Shown here piece by piece: positions 12,730 through 26,182 of a stretch of DNA of 64,000 bases (position 1 is the first letter of the stretch; every line of letters begins with the position of its first letter). The stretch is taken from assembly GCA_951406725.2 (NCBI GenBank), contig OX597817.1, positions 85,312,001 to 85,376,000 of the forward strand. The letters run 5' to 3'. The notes under the pieces are model-generated. The model made no database searches. It was not told the origin of the DNA and saw nothing but the letters and a program-made list of their open reading frames with translations. The position numbers were made by a program, and so were the translations under genes. The DNA is from Octopus vulgaris (taxonomy: Eukaryota).

Positions 12730-14040
12730 TGGTGCAGTAATATCAAAGGAAGGCTAACTGGGAAGATAGTTTTTGTGGGTGGCAAATGCTCAGGAGCAAT
12801 AAACATTGAAAATGTGCAGAGAACAGCTTCTGTCACATTCCAGGGAGAAAAACTACAAGTAGTTGATAGCTTCCATTACCTAAGTGACCAAGTCAGTAAC
12901 GGGGGTGGATGCTCTGAAAGTGTAGCTGCTAGAATAAGAATAGCCTGGGCAAAGTTCAGAGAGCTTCTACCTCTGCTGGTGACAAAGGGCCTCTTGCCCA
13001 GAGTAAAAGATAGACTGTATGACGCATGTGTGCAAACAGCCATGCTACATGGCAGTGAAACATGGACTGTGACTGCTGAAGACATGTGTAAGCTTGCAAG
13101 GAATGAAGCCAGTATGCTTCGCTGGATGTGTAATGTCAATGTGCATACACAACAGAGTGTAAGCGCCCTGAGAAAAAAGTTGGACTTAAGAAGTATCAGA
13201 TGTGATGTGCAAGAGAGATGACTGCACTGGTATGGTCATGTGTTGCAAATGGATGCAGACTGTGTGAAAAAGTGTCACACCCTAGCAATTGAGGGAACGT
13301 GTGGAAGAGGTAGACCCAAGAAGATTTGGGATGAGGTGGTGAAGCACGACCTTCGAACAGTGGGCCTCACAGAGGCAATGACAAGTGACCAAGACCTTTG
13401 GAGATATGCCATGCTTGAGATGACCCAGCAAGCCAAGTCAGACCATAACCATGTCCTATGCCAGTGCTGTATAACCAGCCCATTTAAGAGTACCCTTCAA
13501 TCATTGGACAATAAACTACACTTGTGAAAACCTGTTGAAGCAAGAGAAATCGTTATCATGGCCAATGACAGTTCCGCCTGATTGGCACCCATGCCAGTGG
13601 AACGTTATAAGCACCATTTGAGCATGATCATTGCCAGGGCTGCTGACTGTCTCTACTGCCAGTGGCACGTAAAAACCACCATTTGAGTGTGATCGTTGCC
13701 AGCATCGCCTGACTGGCTCCTGTGCCAGTGGCACATGAAAAACCCCATTCAAGTATGATCATTGCCAGTGCCAGTGGACTGGCTCCTGTGCAGGTGGCAT
13801 GTAAAAAGCACCATTTGAGTGTGGTTGATGCCAGTGCCACCTGACTGTCCCTTGTGCCGGTGGCACGTAAAAGCACCCACTACACTCTCGGAATGGTTGG
13901 CGTTAGGAACGGAATCCAGCTGTAGAAACTTTGCCAGATTAGATTGGAGCCTGGTGCAGCCTTCTGGCTCGTCAACCCAGAGTCAAACCATTCAACTCAT
14001 GTCAGCATGGAAAGCAGGCATTAAATAACAATGATGATGT
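12730..14040 (+). mobile_element. RTE LINE family A, 5'-truncated, with tandem-repeat 3' UTR and (GAT)n tail
   Basis: VDSFHYLSD..ARIRIAWAKFRELLPLL..MLHGSETW..EASMLRWMC..RGRPKKIWDEVV, then the UTR ending gttggcgttagga..catggaaag..gatgatg. Confidence 0.92.
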
Positions 14041-14077
14041 GGATGATGTATATATATATATATATATATACAGATAT

Positions 14078-14395
14078 ATCATCATCATTACTTAACATCC
14101 ACTTTCGATGCTGGCATAGGTTGGACTGTTTGACTGAAAACTGGTAAACCAGGAGGCTGCACTAAGTTCCAATCTGATTTGGCAAGTTTCTACAGCTAGA
14201 TGCCCTTCCTAATGCCAACCACTCTGAGAGTGTAGTGGATGTTTTTTACATGCCACCAACACAAGTGCCATTGACCTGACACTAGCATCACCCATGACTA
14301 TAGTCTCACTTGGCTTGACAGTTCTACACAAGCATGGCATATTGCCAAAGGTCTGTCTCTGTCTCCATGAGACCCAATGCTCAAATGGTGTTTTT
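14078..14395 (-). mobile_element. RTE family A 3' UTR fragment
   Basis: Reverse complement of the family tail (catcatcat..ccttcctaatgccaaccactctgagagtgtagtgg). Confidence 0.85.
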
Positions 14396-14689
14396 TTAAG
14401 CTTATAAACATTCATTGTGTATTGGCTATAGAAAATAGTCTAATATTGGGACATACATGCATACATATAAATAATACACACACACACAGTTAGATAGATA
14501 AGAAGGACTTAATTTCAGTTTCCTTTTACCAAATTCACTTACAGGGTATTAGTTAACCTGGTGCTATAATAGGAAACACTTGTCTGTAGGTGCTGCAAAG
14601 TAGGACTAAATCTTAAATTCCATGTTTGTGAAGTGAACATTTTAACCACAAAGACATGCCTACACTTTAAAGGTGATTAATGTTTCTTC

Positions 14690-15117
14690 ATAACAGGTGT
14701 AAGTTAATGGCTGCAGGAAAAAAAGAGAGACAGTGAAGTAATTCCAGAATGGTGTAGATTGCAGGAGGAAGGACTAGGAAAATGTTAGAGTGGGGTTTGG
14801 TGGGAGGGGTTATGAGAGGTGAAATGATGAGTCCAGAATGAGACCAACCAGTTGTGAGCAAAGACTATTATAGAACCATAAAAGAGGTAGAGAGAGATGA
14901 TACAGTATGGCTGTGGTCTACAGGCTGGAGTGTGTTAAGTGACTTTGTGGGTGGTTTTCTTTTAGATGGTGTGTAAAATGTCTGTAAATGTACAAATAGC
15001 ACTGTCCATGATGAGAGTGCAGACGAGGGTTCTACTTACACTTTGGTTAATTGTTTGAAGTATTTCTAGATATTTGATGAAGAAGGGCAGTCTTTGTGAT
15101 GCAGTCTTTCAGTCTTT

Positions 15118-15170
<53 letters not shown>

Positions 15171-16970
15171 CACATATATATGCATGCATCATCACAGTTT
15201 AATGTCCATATTCCATACATATATACATTAGTTAACAAAATATAGTTAAGTGTTGGAGAAACAGTATTTCTCCAACATGTAACTACTGTCTTCTTTTATT
15301 AATATATAAAATCTGTACACCACTACAGATACACTTCATGCATACACACATGCAAACTTATGCACACACACATATACATAAGAAAAAACATTAGATGCAG
15401 TTTATATCATTTGTTCCCTGTACATGTTTTGCCTTGTGGTTATTGGCATCCTCTGCAGTGGGTGTTCATAGTATAAATAGAAGCAGATCTACTATCATTC
15501 AAGAGAACATTTTATTACATTATGCTGATACCAATCAAATGCTTGTAGCTGGACAGATGGCAGCCAGAAAGAGGGAGAAAAACAAGATAAAGTACAGTAG
15601 TAACCACACCACTTTTCTGGAGGTAAACTGAATGATGATATTTTTTAGAGCTCTAAAATCACTAGCAGCAGGAATACATTTAACTGTACACATAGGAAAT
15701 ATTACACAAACACACACACACACACATGTATATCATTGGATCAACCAGACTATTGGATGTTGTACACTGCTGGTCTCAATACACTTCCTTGCATTGTTGT
15801 AGCTTTTGAATGATAGCACTCTGCTGGCTAGGTGATCAGACTAACATTTCCCCCTGATCAACTCACCAGTCTGTTGCAGGGTTACCCATTTACAACTGAG
15901 AGGACTGGAGCAATGCGAAATGAAGTGCTGGTCTAGTAAATGAAACCGCAATCTTGCATTTATGAGTGCCATACCCTAACCAATAGGCCACATACCTATA
16001 TACATATACACACAAACATGTACATTTATATATGTAAATGGTAATGTATACAAATGTATATGTGTGTGTGTCTTTATGGCAATATATACATACATGTATA
16101 TATATGTGTGTGTGTATGTATATATGAGGTGCTGGCAAGTAGATCAGTTTTTGTACAGGTGAAAGACTATGGGGACAAAATCTAACCTTGGGTCACAACA
16201 GTGTTAAAAGAGTGTGGGCCATAAAGAACTTCTTCAGCACATTTTAAGATGGTTTTAGTCTAACATAAAATCATCAATCCAAAAGACAAGAGATGGATGA
16301 AACACTATTTTGTCTGGAGATTCACATACCAGACATGGTTAAAGGGTCTGTTGATGTCAAATGGAATAACAATCATCTCATCAAAATTCTGTGGGGTTAA
16401 AGGCCCACTGGTGAGTAATGTATAAGAAGAGCTCTACAGTAAACTTGTATTCTCAAAGCTATATTGGAGATCGTTAAGGAGAAACAGTGATTCAAGATGT
16501 TGAAGAAGGTGGTTTTAATGGTTGTTTCCATCACATTTGAGATGGAAAAAGTTAGAGCAAGAGATGATAGTCTGTGGGGTACACAGATTTGATCTTTTGG
16601 GGTATTTTTCCAAACAATAGGATAGATCTCTAGAGAGTGAAGAGGGAGAGAAGGAATAAGAGAGAGAGAGAACTTTGGCAAGAGAATAGTAATAGGGCAC
16701 ATAGTTTGATGATGATTGAAGGAACATTGTTAGATCTGGTGGTTTGAAGTGCCTGGAGGTACTTCTCCATTTAGTATAGATCTGTATGTAGTGATGTGTC
16801 AAGGAAAGAAAAGGGGGTGGGGTTGTTCTGAAGAATATTCACAGTGTGTGTGTGCCATGAATTGTTGGATACAAAGGAGGCAGCACATAGGGAGACTTTC
16901 TCCATGGAAATCCTGTTACAGGGAATTAATTTTTGACTTCATGGCTTTGCATGATGTTTTTTGGCTTTAG
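14690..16970 (-). mobile_element. Old CR1/L2-group LINE, fragmented (16150-16970 RT; 14690-15110 C-terminus)
   Basis: LALTFSISNVMETTI, LLNDLQYSF and IPFDINRPFNHVW (approx. ALDISKAFDRVW); downstream ASQRL..LQPVDHSHTVSSLYLFY. Confidence 0.65.
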
Positions 16971-19571
16971 AAGTCTAACAAATAAGTGTTCAATGAAACA
17001 TGAAAGAATTTGCTGTCGATGCTAATTATATAAATTATAATAACAACTACTAAATTGAAGTCAGATGTCACTGATTTCACTGTAAGTCTTTGACTTCAAA
17101 CTGAAGACATTTTGAAAAGTACACAAAAATGTCACTTCAAAAATAAATCCTTGAAGTAATATTATTTTTCAATAAGTCAATAAGTTAATTAATTTCTTTT
17201 ATTTAAAATGTTGCATATATTTTTGTTGTTCATTTCTCAGTAGTAAAACACTATTTGTCAGCAGTAGATCTTATTAATTTTCCTGTAGTAAGCCAAATTC
17301 CTTAAATTTGATTTCAACTCATTTTATTTCAATTTTATTTTCATAACAAAACAATCATATTAAATATATTTTACAATTTTTTTTTCAGAACATTGTCTTA
17401 AAAAATAATTGATAGAAAACAAACTAAAATACTTTGTTTTCTCTAGATCAAATTAATACTTGTTGAAGCCACTCATCTCTTTGATTAACCTTTGAAATTC
17501 TCAAACAGTTGAACTTCTTTTATCAGTGATTTTTTAAATATTATTCATAACTTACATATTCATTATTCATAACTTACATCAGTTACTTCACAGTCATAAA
17601 ATATATAAAAAACTGAATCAAGTCTTAGTATATTTTAATATATTTCTTGCATACTTAATTTTTCCAGAATGAATTTTTGTACCTGGTTGTGAACAATGAC
17701 AGTGTCATGCAAAGGCAATCTTAGGCAATGCCAGATTCCCAGCAGTTCACAAAATTTAATTTTAATGTGACCCTGTACATATTTCATTCATTGTATTTGT
17801 AGTTTTACTTTCTCACAAATTATGCTTTCTCAATGCTTTTCTGCAACACAAATATCACTGATTTGTCATCGCAGTACATTTATTCTTCATCACTTTTTTT
17901 AAACAGAAATTACTGGATAAGTACCTTAAATAATATCTTCCTTAGGTGTACACTTTGTTTCTTCTCTCATTTATTCTGAATAATATGAATTAAGTTTTTC
18001 TACATTCTAACATTTTTCATATGTACTGAGTAAAATCAGTCATTTTTCAATTGATTAATGAGCATGCTATATTAATTTTGCTCTTGTCTTTTAACTCCAA
18101 TTAATACCATCAGTAAGTCCACTCTTTTCACTTTCATCATTTTGAACTTTACTAGCTATCCTTAGCTCATTCTTGTACCATTTTTCTGTTTGCAAAACTG
18201 TTTTTTATTTTATTTTATTTATTACTCTGCTATGAACCCATGTCTTGTCTTATTGCTGTCTTGTTAATATGAGAATAGATGATGTATCAAAGAACTCTAA
18301 ATTTTGAACACATCATCCTTTGTTTTGCAGCAAAACACCAAAACAGAAGAAATTGCCATTGTTTAGTTTGTGTTATTGTAACTTGTAATAAATATTACCA
18401 TCTTTCAACTCATTCTTTATATTTACTGTATCTTTGCAATTATATTGAAAAGTGATAATCAGTTTGATACATGATATATAAAGTTATATCATTACTTATA
18501 TAAAAACTTTGCCCATCTGAATAGTTTTCTGACCAAATTTTGCCCTGACTAGTACAAAATTCTAATGCCACTCCCACCACCACTGATAGAGACCAATTTA
18601 AAATATATAGAACATTCCATCCAATTTGATTTCAGATATCTTCATTTTATAGTGACACAGCTCATAGTCAATGGAATATTTAGTATAAACCAATTAAATT
18701 TTTCTGGTTGATATTTGTAACTCATTAGTATTTCCAATTTAACTCTGTCCTATTAACATTTCAACCAAATATCAAAATCCTTGGTGTGAGTGAAATTGAT
18801 ATGATAACAACATATTCACTTTACTAAACTATAACATGTATTGCTCAGACTGAGCAAATTTGTGCTATAATTACAAGACAAAACTCTCACAAGCTTTCAA
18901 GAATGCTTCTACATGATTACTCACTCTGCTAAAAATAGCTGCAAAATCTCCCTGATGTAATACCCTACCATCTTAAATAAGAAGGAAATATTGAATAATC
19001 TAGCTCACAATACTCCTAAAAGGTTGGGATGGTCAAGGCTAGAATATCTATGATCATATGTTTGCTCAATCAGGATTTATCTGGATCTAACCTATACAGG
19101 CTGTGATGTAATCTATTATTTTCATTTCAGTTTTATATTTGGTAATTTAAGTATCGATTTAAATTTTCATCCTGCCTTCTTTTAAAGAACTGCTTTACTC
19201 TTCGTACTGTACAGGAAACTATTCTATCTCTACTCAGAATATCTCAACAAACTCAACATCACCATTCAATCTTGTTTAGATATCATCTTCAAGATCTTCT
19301 CAGTTTCACTGACTGGCTGTAAGCAATATTTCCAATAAAGTCTTGAGTTTTCACCCTCCACTTAATGTTCAAATTGGCATTTCTGATCCCAAATTCTGCC
19401 ACTGCTTTTACTGAGGCAGGACAGATCACTTATTTTTCATTGCCTATAGTTGTGCACTCAACTGTGACATTCAACACAACAATTTCAAACCTAGCATGGA
19501 TTAGAGTACAAGACAATACAAGCCATTTGGTTTTACAATAACTTCATTCCTTCAGAATGCAATTAATTAAT

Positions 19572-20726
19572 ACATCTGGAAGAGGTGCAGCAACATCAAA
19601 GGAATATTAACCAAGAAGATAGCTTTCATGTGCAGCAGATGCACAGGGGCAATAAACACCACAGATGCTCAGAAAACAGATTCCATCACACTCCAGGGGG
19701 AGAAACTAGAAGTAGTTGATAGCTTCCACTACCTAGGTGACCAAGTTAGTAGTGGGGTGGGGGGATGCTCAGAGAGTGTTACCACTAGAATAAGAATAGC
19801 CTGGGCAAAGTTTAGAAAGCTTCTATTCCTAATGGTGACAAAGGGCCTCTCGTTCAGAATGAAAGGTAGATTATACAATGCATATGTGCGAACTGCCATG
19901 CTTCACGGCAGTGAAACATGGGCCATGACTGTGGAGGATATGCGTAGGCTCAAAAGAAATGAAGCTAGCATGATCCGCTGGATGTGTAATGTCAGTGTGC
20001 ACACATGACAGAGTGTAAGCACCCTGAGAGAAATGTTGGACATAAGAAGCATCGGATGTGGCATGCAAGAGAGAGGTTTGCGCTGGTATCATCATGTACT
20101 ACGATGGATGAGGAGAGATGTGTGAAGAAGTGCCACTCCCAAAGAGTTGAAGGAATCCGGAGTAGAGGTAGACCCAGGAAGACATGGGACAAGGTGGTCA
20201 AGCATGACCTTCGAATGTTGGGCCTCACAGAGGCAATGACAAAAAACTGAGACCTCTGGAGATATGCTGTGACTGCGAAGACCTGGCAAATAAAGTGAGT
20301 TCACAACTGTATCCTGCACCAGTTTCGCTAACCAGCCCCAGCCCATTCAAAAGTACTTTGGATCCTAGAGCGACCAACTGTGCTTGAGGAGACCTATTGA
20401 GTCAAGTACATCAACATCAAAATGAAAATCAAATGGAAATTGTAGTTGTAATACCCATGCTGGTGGCACGTGAAAAGCACTGTCTGAACATGGCTGATGC
20501 CAGCGCCGCCTTGACTGGCTTTCGTGCCAGTGGCACGTAAAAAGCACCCACTACACTTACAGAGTGGCTGGCGTTAGGAAGGGCATCCAGCTGTAGAAAC
20601 ACTGTCAGATCAGACTGGAGCATGGTGCAGCCTCCTGGCTTCCCAGACCCCGGTCAAATCGTCCAACCCATACTAGCATGGAAAACGGATGTTAAACGAT
20701 GATGATGATGATGATGATGATGATGA
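19572..20726 (+). mobile_element. RTE LINE family A, 5'-truncated
   Basis: ORFs 19628-20008 and 20005-20250 are homologous to the 12775 copy; UTR and (GAT)n tail at 20698-20726. Confidence 0.92.
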
Positions 20727-20739
20727 CAATGGAATATCA

Positions 20740-21260
20740 TATGCACTCTTCTTGATGATGTGTGTACATGCACTGGAGTTGTCTTGCATCTCAGTCTCTG
20801 CATTTTTGGGCTACATAAATACTGTTGTGGAACTACTGCTAATGATTTGGGGCTGCACTCACTTTTTTATCCTCATAGTGCAGAGCGTTTCCCTCAATAC
20901 ACTAAACAATGTTATTAAAAGAAACTTTGATGCTACCAATTTCCCACTACAACTAAAACTTATTGGCCTTCACTGTAGGTATCTATTTTCCTTCCTTTTT
21001 TGAGGGAGGCAAGTCGCACATCTAGGATGCCACATGTTATGATACAACCATTATTGCCAAACTTCTCATTTCAGCTGTAAACCCAGGGTCTGCTGCCCAC
21101 ATTCTGTGTTGAGAAGTGAAAAATAAATAAATATGAGTCATTGAAGACATATTCTTTTCAGTGCTGGTTGCTGGTGAGACCCCTGATATCTTCAGATCTT
21201 GGACTGCTGCTCTTCTCCATGAAATTGGGATGAAGTTATCACACTTGAAGAAAGAACTTT
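20740..21260 (-). mobile_element. Ancient non-LTR (RTE-like) RT N-terminal remnant
   Basis: Degenerate AVQDLK..SP and K.K....*RPISF...GKL motifs, with frameshifts. Confidence 0.45.
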
Positions 21261-21869
21261 GTAAAGTAGGGTGGTTGTTAAGTGGATAATACTGGCTGTT
21301 CTTGGCAACACTCTTGTCATTCAATCTATGAGATAGAGCTGATAATTATTTTCCCATAGAAAGGTTTTAATATTTTTTCTTACAATAAAATCATATAAAA
21401 TATAATTTAGCAGTTGAATATAACTGTGAGTCAGACAGATTTTAAAATACTTTTAAACATAATGTTAATAACAGCTTACACTGAATACACAAGTTATATA
21501 TTTTTGCATGAATTAAATAGGGTAGCAAAATAGTAAACATCAATCCATTGAACTTTGCAATGTGCTAAGAATTCTAATTAAGTTGTTTATGTGACCTAGG
21601 TTTCTGTAATCTTATTTTATCTCAGCCATCAACTTCATAGTTTGAATCAATGAAGGCACCTTTATCGGTTTGCTTGACATGCTAAATATAGCAACCATAT
21701 CTCCCTCAAATAACACCTGACCATCTTAAAAAAAAGTAAGAACACATTAGGTGATGTAATGCTAGATGTCCCTAAAAAGGCAAGATGGTTATGTTTTCAA
21801 TGCATTTGGATATAAGTTTGCTCATTCAGGATTGACCAGGAACTAAACAATGATGCTTATAACAACAAT

Positions 21870-23275
21870 CAAGTCATTTCTTCAAACAACATTCATAAAA
21901 AAACATCGTAAGAGCCTTACAATCTTACAACAGTATGGCTTGATTATAGGAAGGTATTTGACTCTGTTTCCCACTCATGGCTGCTGAAGTGTTTCTATTT
22001 GGCAAAAGTGCTTGCTAACTTAATTGCTGTCATTGAGATGCCCACAAAGACCTGAGCCACAATCCTCACACTTAGAAGAAAGAATGGAACAATTGATGAA
22101 AATATATCAAACCAAAGTACTGTGGGAAAAAATAGAGTGATCCTAGAATATTACACCAGAGTAAGAAAAATATGTCAATCTGAACTCTTCTCTTACAACA
22201 ATTCATTTGCAGTACCAGTGCTGATTCCAACATTTGGGATATTTGACTGGTCCGTATAAGAAATCAACTCCATAGACGTTAAAACCCGCAAGATTCTAAT
22301 ATCAACTGGAAATAGTGATATTGACTGGCTCTACCTAAGAAGAGATAAAGGAGGTAGGGGCTTGAGATCAGTGCAGACTTTGAATGATACATAGTCTCTG
22401 TAAGACAGCACTTGCTAAACAACAGCAGCAAAAATAAATAAATGAACTTAGTGTTGACTAGCATACCTCAAAGATGACCTGGAAGTGAAATGCTCAACAT
22501 ACCAAAAAAAGACCATACATGGGTATATTTCTTGTAGACTTGAAGAATACAGTAACATTGACATCAAGCAAAGCCTCTTTTGGACTTGTAGCTGCTACAT
22601 CACATCCCACTTCGAAGGCTATGCATTTGCAATCCAAGAACAGGAAATTGCAACTGAATAAATACCTAATCATTAACAAAGGAGACAGTGAAGCCCTTGG
22701 AGTTCCAAGATGCAATCATGAATGTGGATTATGTCATATTTCTGTGGAAGTCATCCCACATGTGATTAGCAGGTACCCAAAAATGACATGATGCTGTCGC
22801 AAAAACAATATACAATGCCATTCAGATAAAAGACTGTCCTGAAATAGATATAAAGAATCCCCCTGTTATTGAATATGTACACAATTAACAGCACAAAGAA
22901 TACTGGTGGAGCATTCCTATAAAAACAGCTGTCAAGTGTAAGCATAACAGGCTGGATATTGTTGTTTGGGTCAGACAAGAAAAAGTATGTACCATCAGAG
23001 ATCAGCTGTCCTGTTGATGTGAATATCTCTTTGAAAATCAAAAAGAAAGAAGTTAACTATGGACAACTGCTTTAAAACTTCCAGCTTCTATATCCAAATT
23101 ACAAATTTGCATTTATACCAATAATAATTGGAGCACTTGGTTTCGTGAGTAAATACTTAACTGTCAGTCTGGATAAGCTTGGATTTACAGAAAAAGAAAT
23201 CAACCAACTAATTTACACTTTACAAATACAATCTGTAAGTGGAACTATGCAAAACTTTTCTCAGGTTTAAAATGT
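21870..23275 (+). mobile_element. R4/Dong-like non-LTR retrotransposon remnant (RT + CCHC + restriction-like endonuclease)
   Basis: WLDYRKVFDSVSHSWL; FAVPVLIPTFG; LYLRRDKGGRGL; EGYAFAIQEQEI; CGLCHISVEVIPHVIS; HDAVAK; HNRLDIV..EISCP..K...Y..L; IPIIIGALG. Confidence 0.85.
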
Positions 23276-23698
23276 GACACTGTTTTCATTATCTACATTC
23301 CAAAGATGAAGCTTTGTACTTTTGTTAGAAACTAGCCCCTTCACTCCTTCTTCAGAGGAAGAATTTAAATGATTAAATACAGGAAATAGAGAGAGAGAGA
23401 GACACACACACACACATAATTGCAGGCATGGCTGTGTGGTAAAAAGTTTACTTTGCAACCACATGGTTTCAGACTCAGTCTCATTGTGTCACACCTTGAG
23501 CAAACATTTTCTATTATAACCCCAGGCCAACCAGCCTTTTGAGTGGACTTGGTAGATGGAAAGTGAAAGAATATATACTAGACTTTAAAATAATAAGTAC
23601 TGGTTTTGATTTGTTCAACTTAATGTATCAAGATGGTGTCCCAAAATGGCTACAGTCTAATGAGTGAAGCAAGTAAACGATAAAGAAATATATATATA

Positions 23699-23955
23699 TC
23701 ATCATCATCATCATTATTTAATGTCTGTTCTCCATGCTGGCATGGGTTGGATGGTTTGACTGGGGACTGGCAAGTCAGGAGGTCACACCAGGCTCCAATC
23801 TGATTTGGCAATGTTTCTACAGCTGGATACCCTTCCTAACATCAACGACTCTGAGAGTGTAGTGGGTGCTTTTTACGTGCCACTGGCACAGGAGCCAGTC
23901 AAGGCAAGGCTAGCATCGACCATGTTCAGATGGTGCTTTTTACATGCCACTAGCA
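23699..23955 (-). mobile_element. RTE family A 3' tail
   Basis: Family tail in reverse orientation, between (TA)n tracts. Confidence 0.85.
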
Positions 23956-23957
23956 CA

Positions 23958-24004
<47 letters not shown>

Positions 24005-24861
24005 TGCCAACACAACCATTTCTTTGAAATATAGTCAGATTCTTTTGGTAGTCAGGAGGTTTTTCAATTTATTTGTGCTTGTCCTGCATTTTCAAGTTCT
24101 CATAACGCATCCCAACAAATAGTTAACTATCTCTTCTATACAATTGTTATTAAAACTATAGGTTATACATTTCTAAAGAAAACTTATTATCAAATGAATC
24201 AACCCAAACAGCAAATGTTCACAAAAACTGTGTGAATGTTATTTATCATTATTCAGTTTTAAACTAAGAATATTTCTGAAAGATCAATATTAAATATTTC
24301 ATTTTTATAATGCAATAAAAACAGCCTTCTAAAAGGAAGTGTGGGAATCAGGCCAGCTACATAAAACACACAGAAATGTAGAAATCAATGATGCATAAAA
24401 TTGTGTCAAAAGCAGTGTCATTTATTGCTATACAACACTTACATAACAGCAAGAAAATCTTTTTACCACTAATCAGGACAACGAATATCTAAACTTTATA
24501 TGCTATTTGCTTTAACTATATACTAATATACTGTATGTAAACTATATACAAGTATATATACTGTGTACTATCACTTGTTCAGTCTCCGGAACCAGTTCAA
24601 AGCAAGAAAACAGAATTTATTCCTAACTTCCTTTTAACTCCTTGAAAAGCCCAGTTTTCATTGTTTCAATCTTTGGAGAGTATCTTTTTATTCCTTTAAA
24701 TCTTATCCGAGAAACATTGCTTGTGTACGTGTTTAGTACCTTAATTAAATTGTGAAGACTTTCGACCTATTCCTTTTTGGCTTTTTTAGATATAATGGAC
24801 AGTGTCACTAATTTGAAAGTGCCAGGTTTGGTTAACTGTTCTTGGCCGTGTTTTCCCTAGA

Positions 24862-25245
24862 CATGTGGTTTCAGGTTCAGTTCCCCTGCACAGCTCCTTG
24901 GGCAGGTGTTTTTGATTAAAGCCCAGTTAGCCTAGTGAGTGGGTTTGATAGATGGAAACTTGAAGAAGCTTGTCGTGTGTGAGTGTGTGTCTGCACATGT
25001 GCATGCGTGTACCTTGTCCTGACATAGTGTGATTGTTCTAAGTGAGTGTTACCATCACACAATCGATGGCGTTCATTTCCAATCTTCCATGAAAACATGT
25101 CTGGCCAAGGGGAATTATTACCTTGTTTTGAAACAGATGAGAGTTGGTGACAAGAAGGGCATCCAGCCATAGAAAATCTGCCTTAAAGAATTCCATCTAA
25201 CCTAGGCAATCTTGAGAAAGTGGGAATTAAAATGATGATGATGAT
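24862..25245 (+). mobile_element. CORE-type SINE with RTE-type (GAT)n tail
   Basis: Same head, but the tail is gttggtgacaagaagggcatccagcc..aaaatgatgatgatg. Related: 3958-4188 + 5530-5697(-), 50240-50490, 51350-51572, 62700-62990. Confidence 0.8.
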
Positions 25246-26182
25246 AAAATATGTGTGGTTTCTCAGCCAACCACTTAATAAGAACGTGATTGACCTACAC
25301 ACAAAAGCACCATTATTTAATTGGTTCTGAATTCTTTAGAAAACAGAAAAGAATGAACCAAGTGTGTAAAGAATAGAACCAACCAAGTTCACATGATTAT
25401 CACTGCTGCAATTACTGATTTCTATTCACATAAAATTAAGTGAAAAAATTAAATTATATATATCTCATCATTGTCAATAAGTAACTTGACTGTCAACCTT
25501 ACATTTTATTAGGTATCGTTTACCTCAGAGTATAATATGCAATTTGTCTCCTTTTTTTTTTGAGACAATAAGGTATGATTTGAGGAGATTTGGCTGTTAT
25601 TCCTATCAAGTTAAGTGACCAAATGGGGTCTTCCTTATTGTCTCAATGATGTTATAGCATTAATTTAGGAAACCTGTCTGTCAATTACTGATGGTAAATA
25701 TGTGAGCAGTATTGTCTTCTAACATCTGATTGTAATATTGTCAACATCTGTCAACTATTGTTAATCACATTTTGATATCATATATATCCTCAATCACTTC
25801 ATGTTCATACTGGAGGATATTTTTCAATGTCAATAAATCATGTGTAATCGTTGAATAATTTTCACAGAAACAATATCCTCTCAAATTCACCCTAAGGCTT
25901 AGTAATTATTACTGAGACTATTGTTTTATTGAGAAGGTCTGATGACACTGAAGCATGCCAGAAGCTGTCACCATAACTATCAAAGTTCAAAACCACTTCT
26001 AACTGCTTCTCTCCATTTCATTTTTCACCCATTTAAATTACAGAGTTTTCACCCTTTCTTTCCTTCACAAGAATTTTCATTAGCACTCATTATTTTTTTT
26101 TACAGTACAGATTTATTTCAGTTGATTAGAAATATTTTTGGCTTGCTACATTAATTATGTTATGCATCACTTAATTACTTGT

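Noticed and set aside
13555-13900. CRISPR-like repeat/spacer appearance
   Set aside because: The 'spacers' are homologous to each other, there are no cas genes, and the array sits inside a eukaryotic LINE UTR.
15395-15631. ORF containing LLHYA, possible ankyrin exon
   Set aside because: No further ankyrin consensus and no convincing splice sites.
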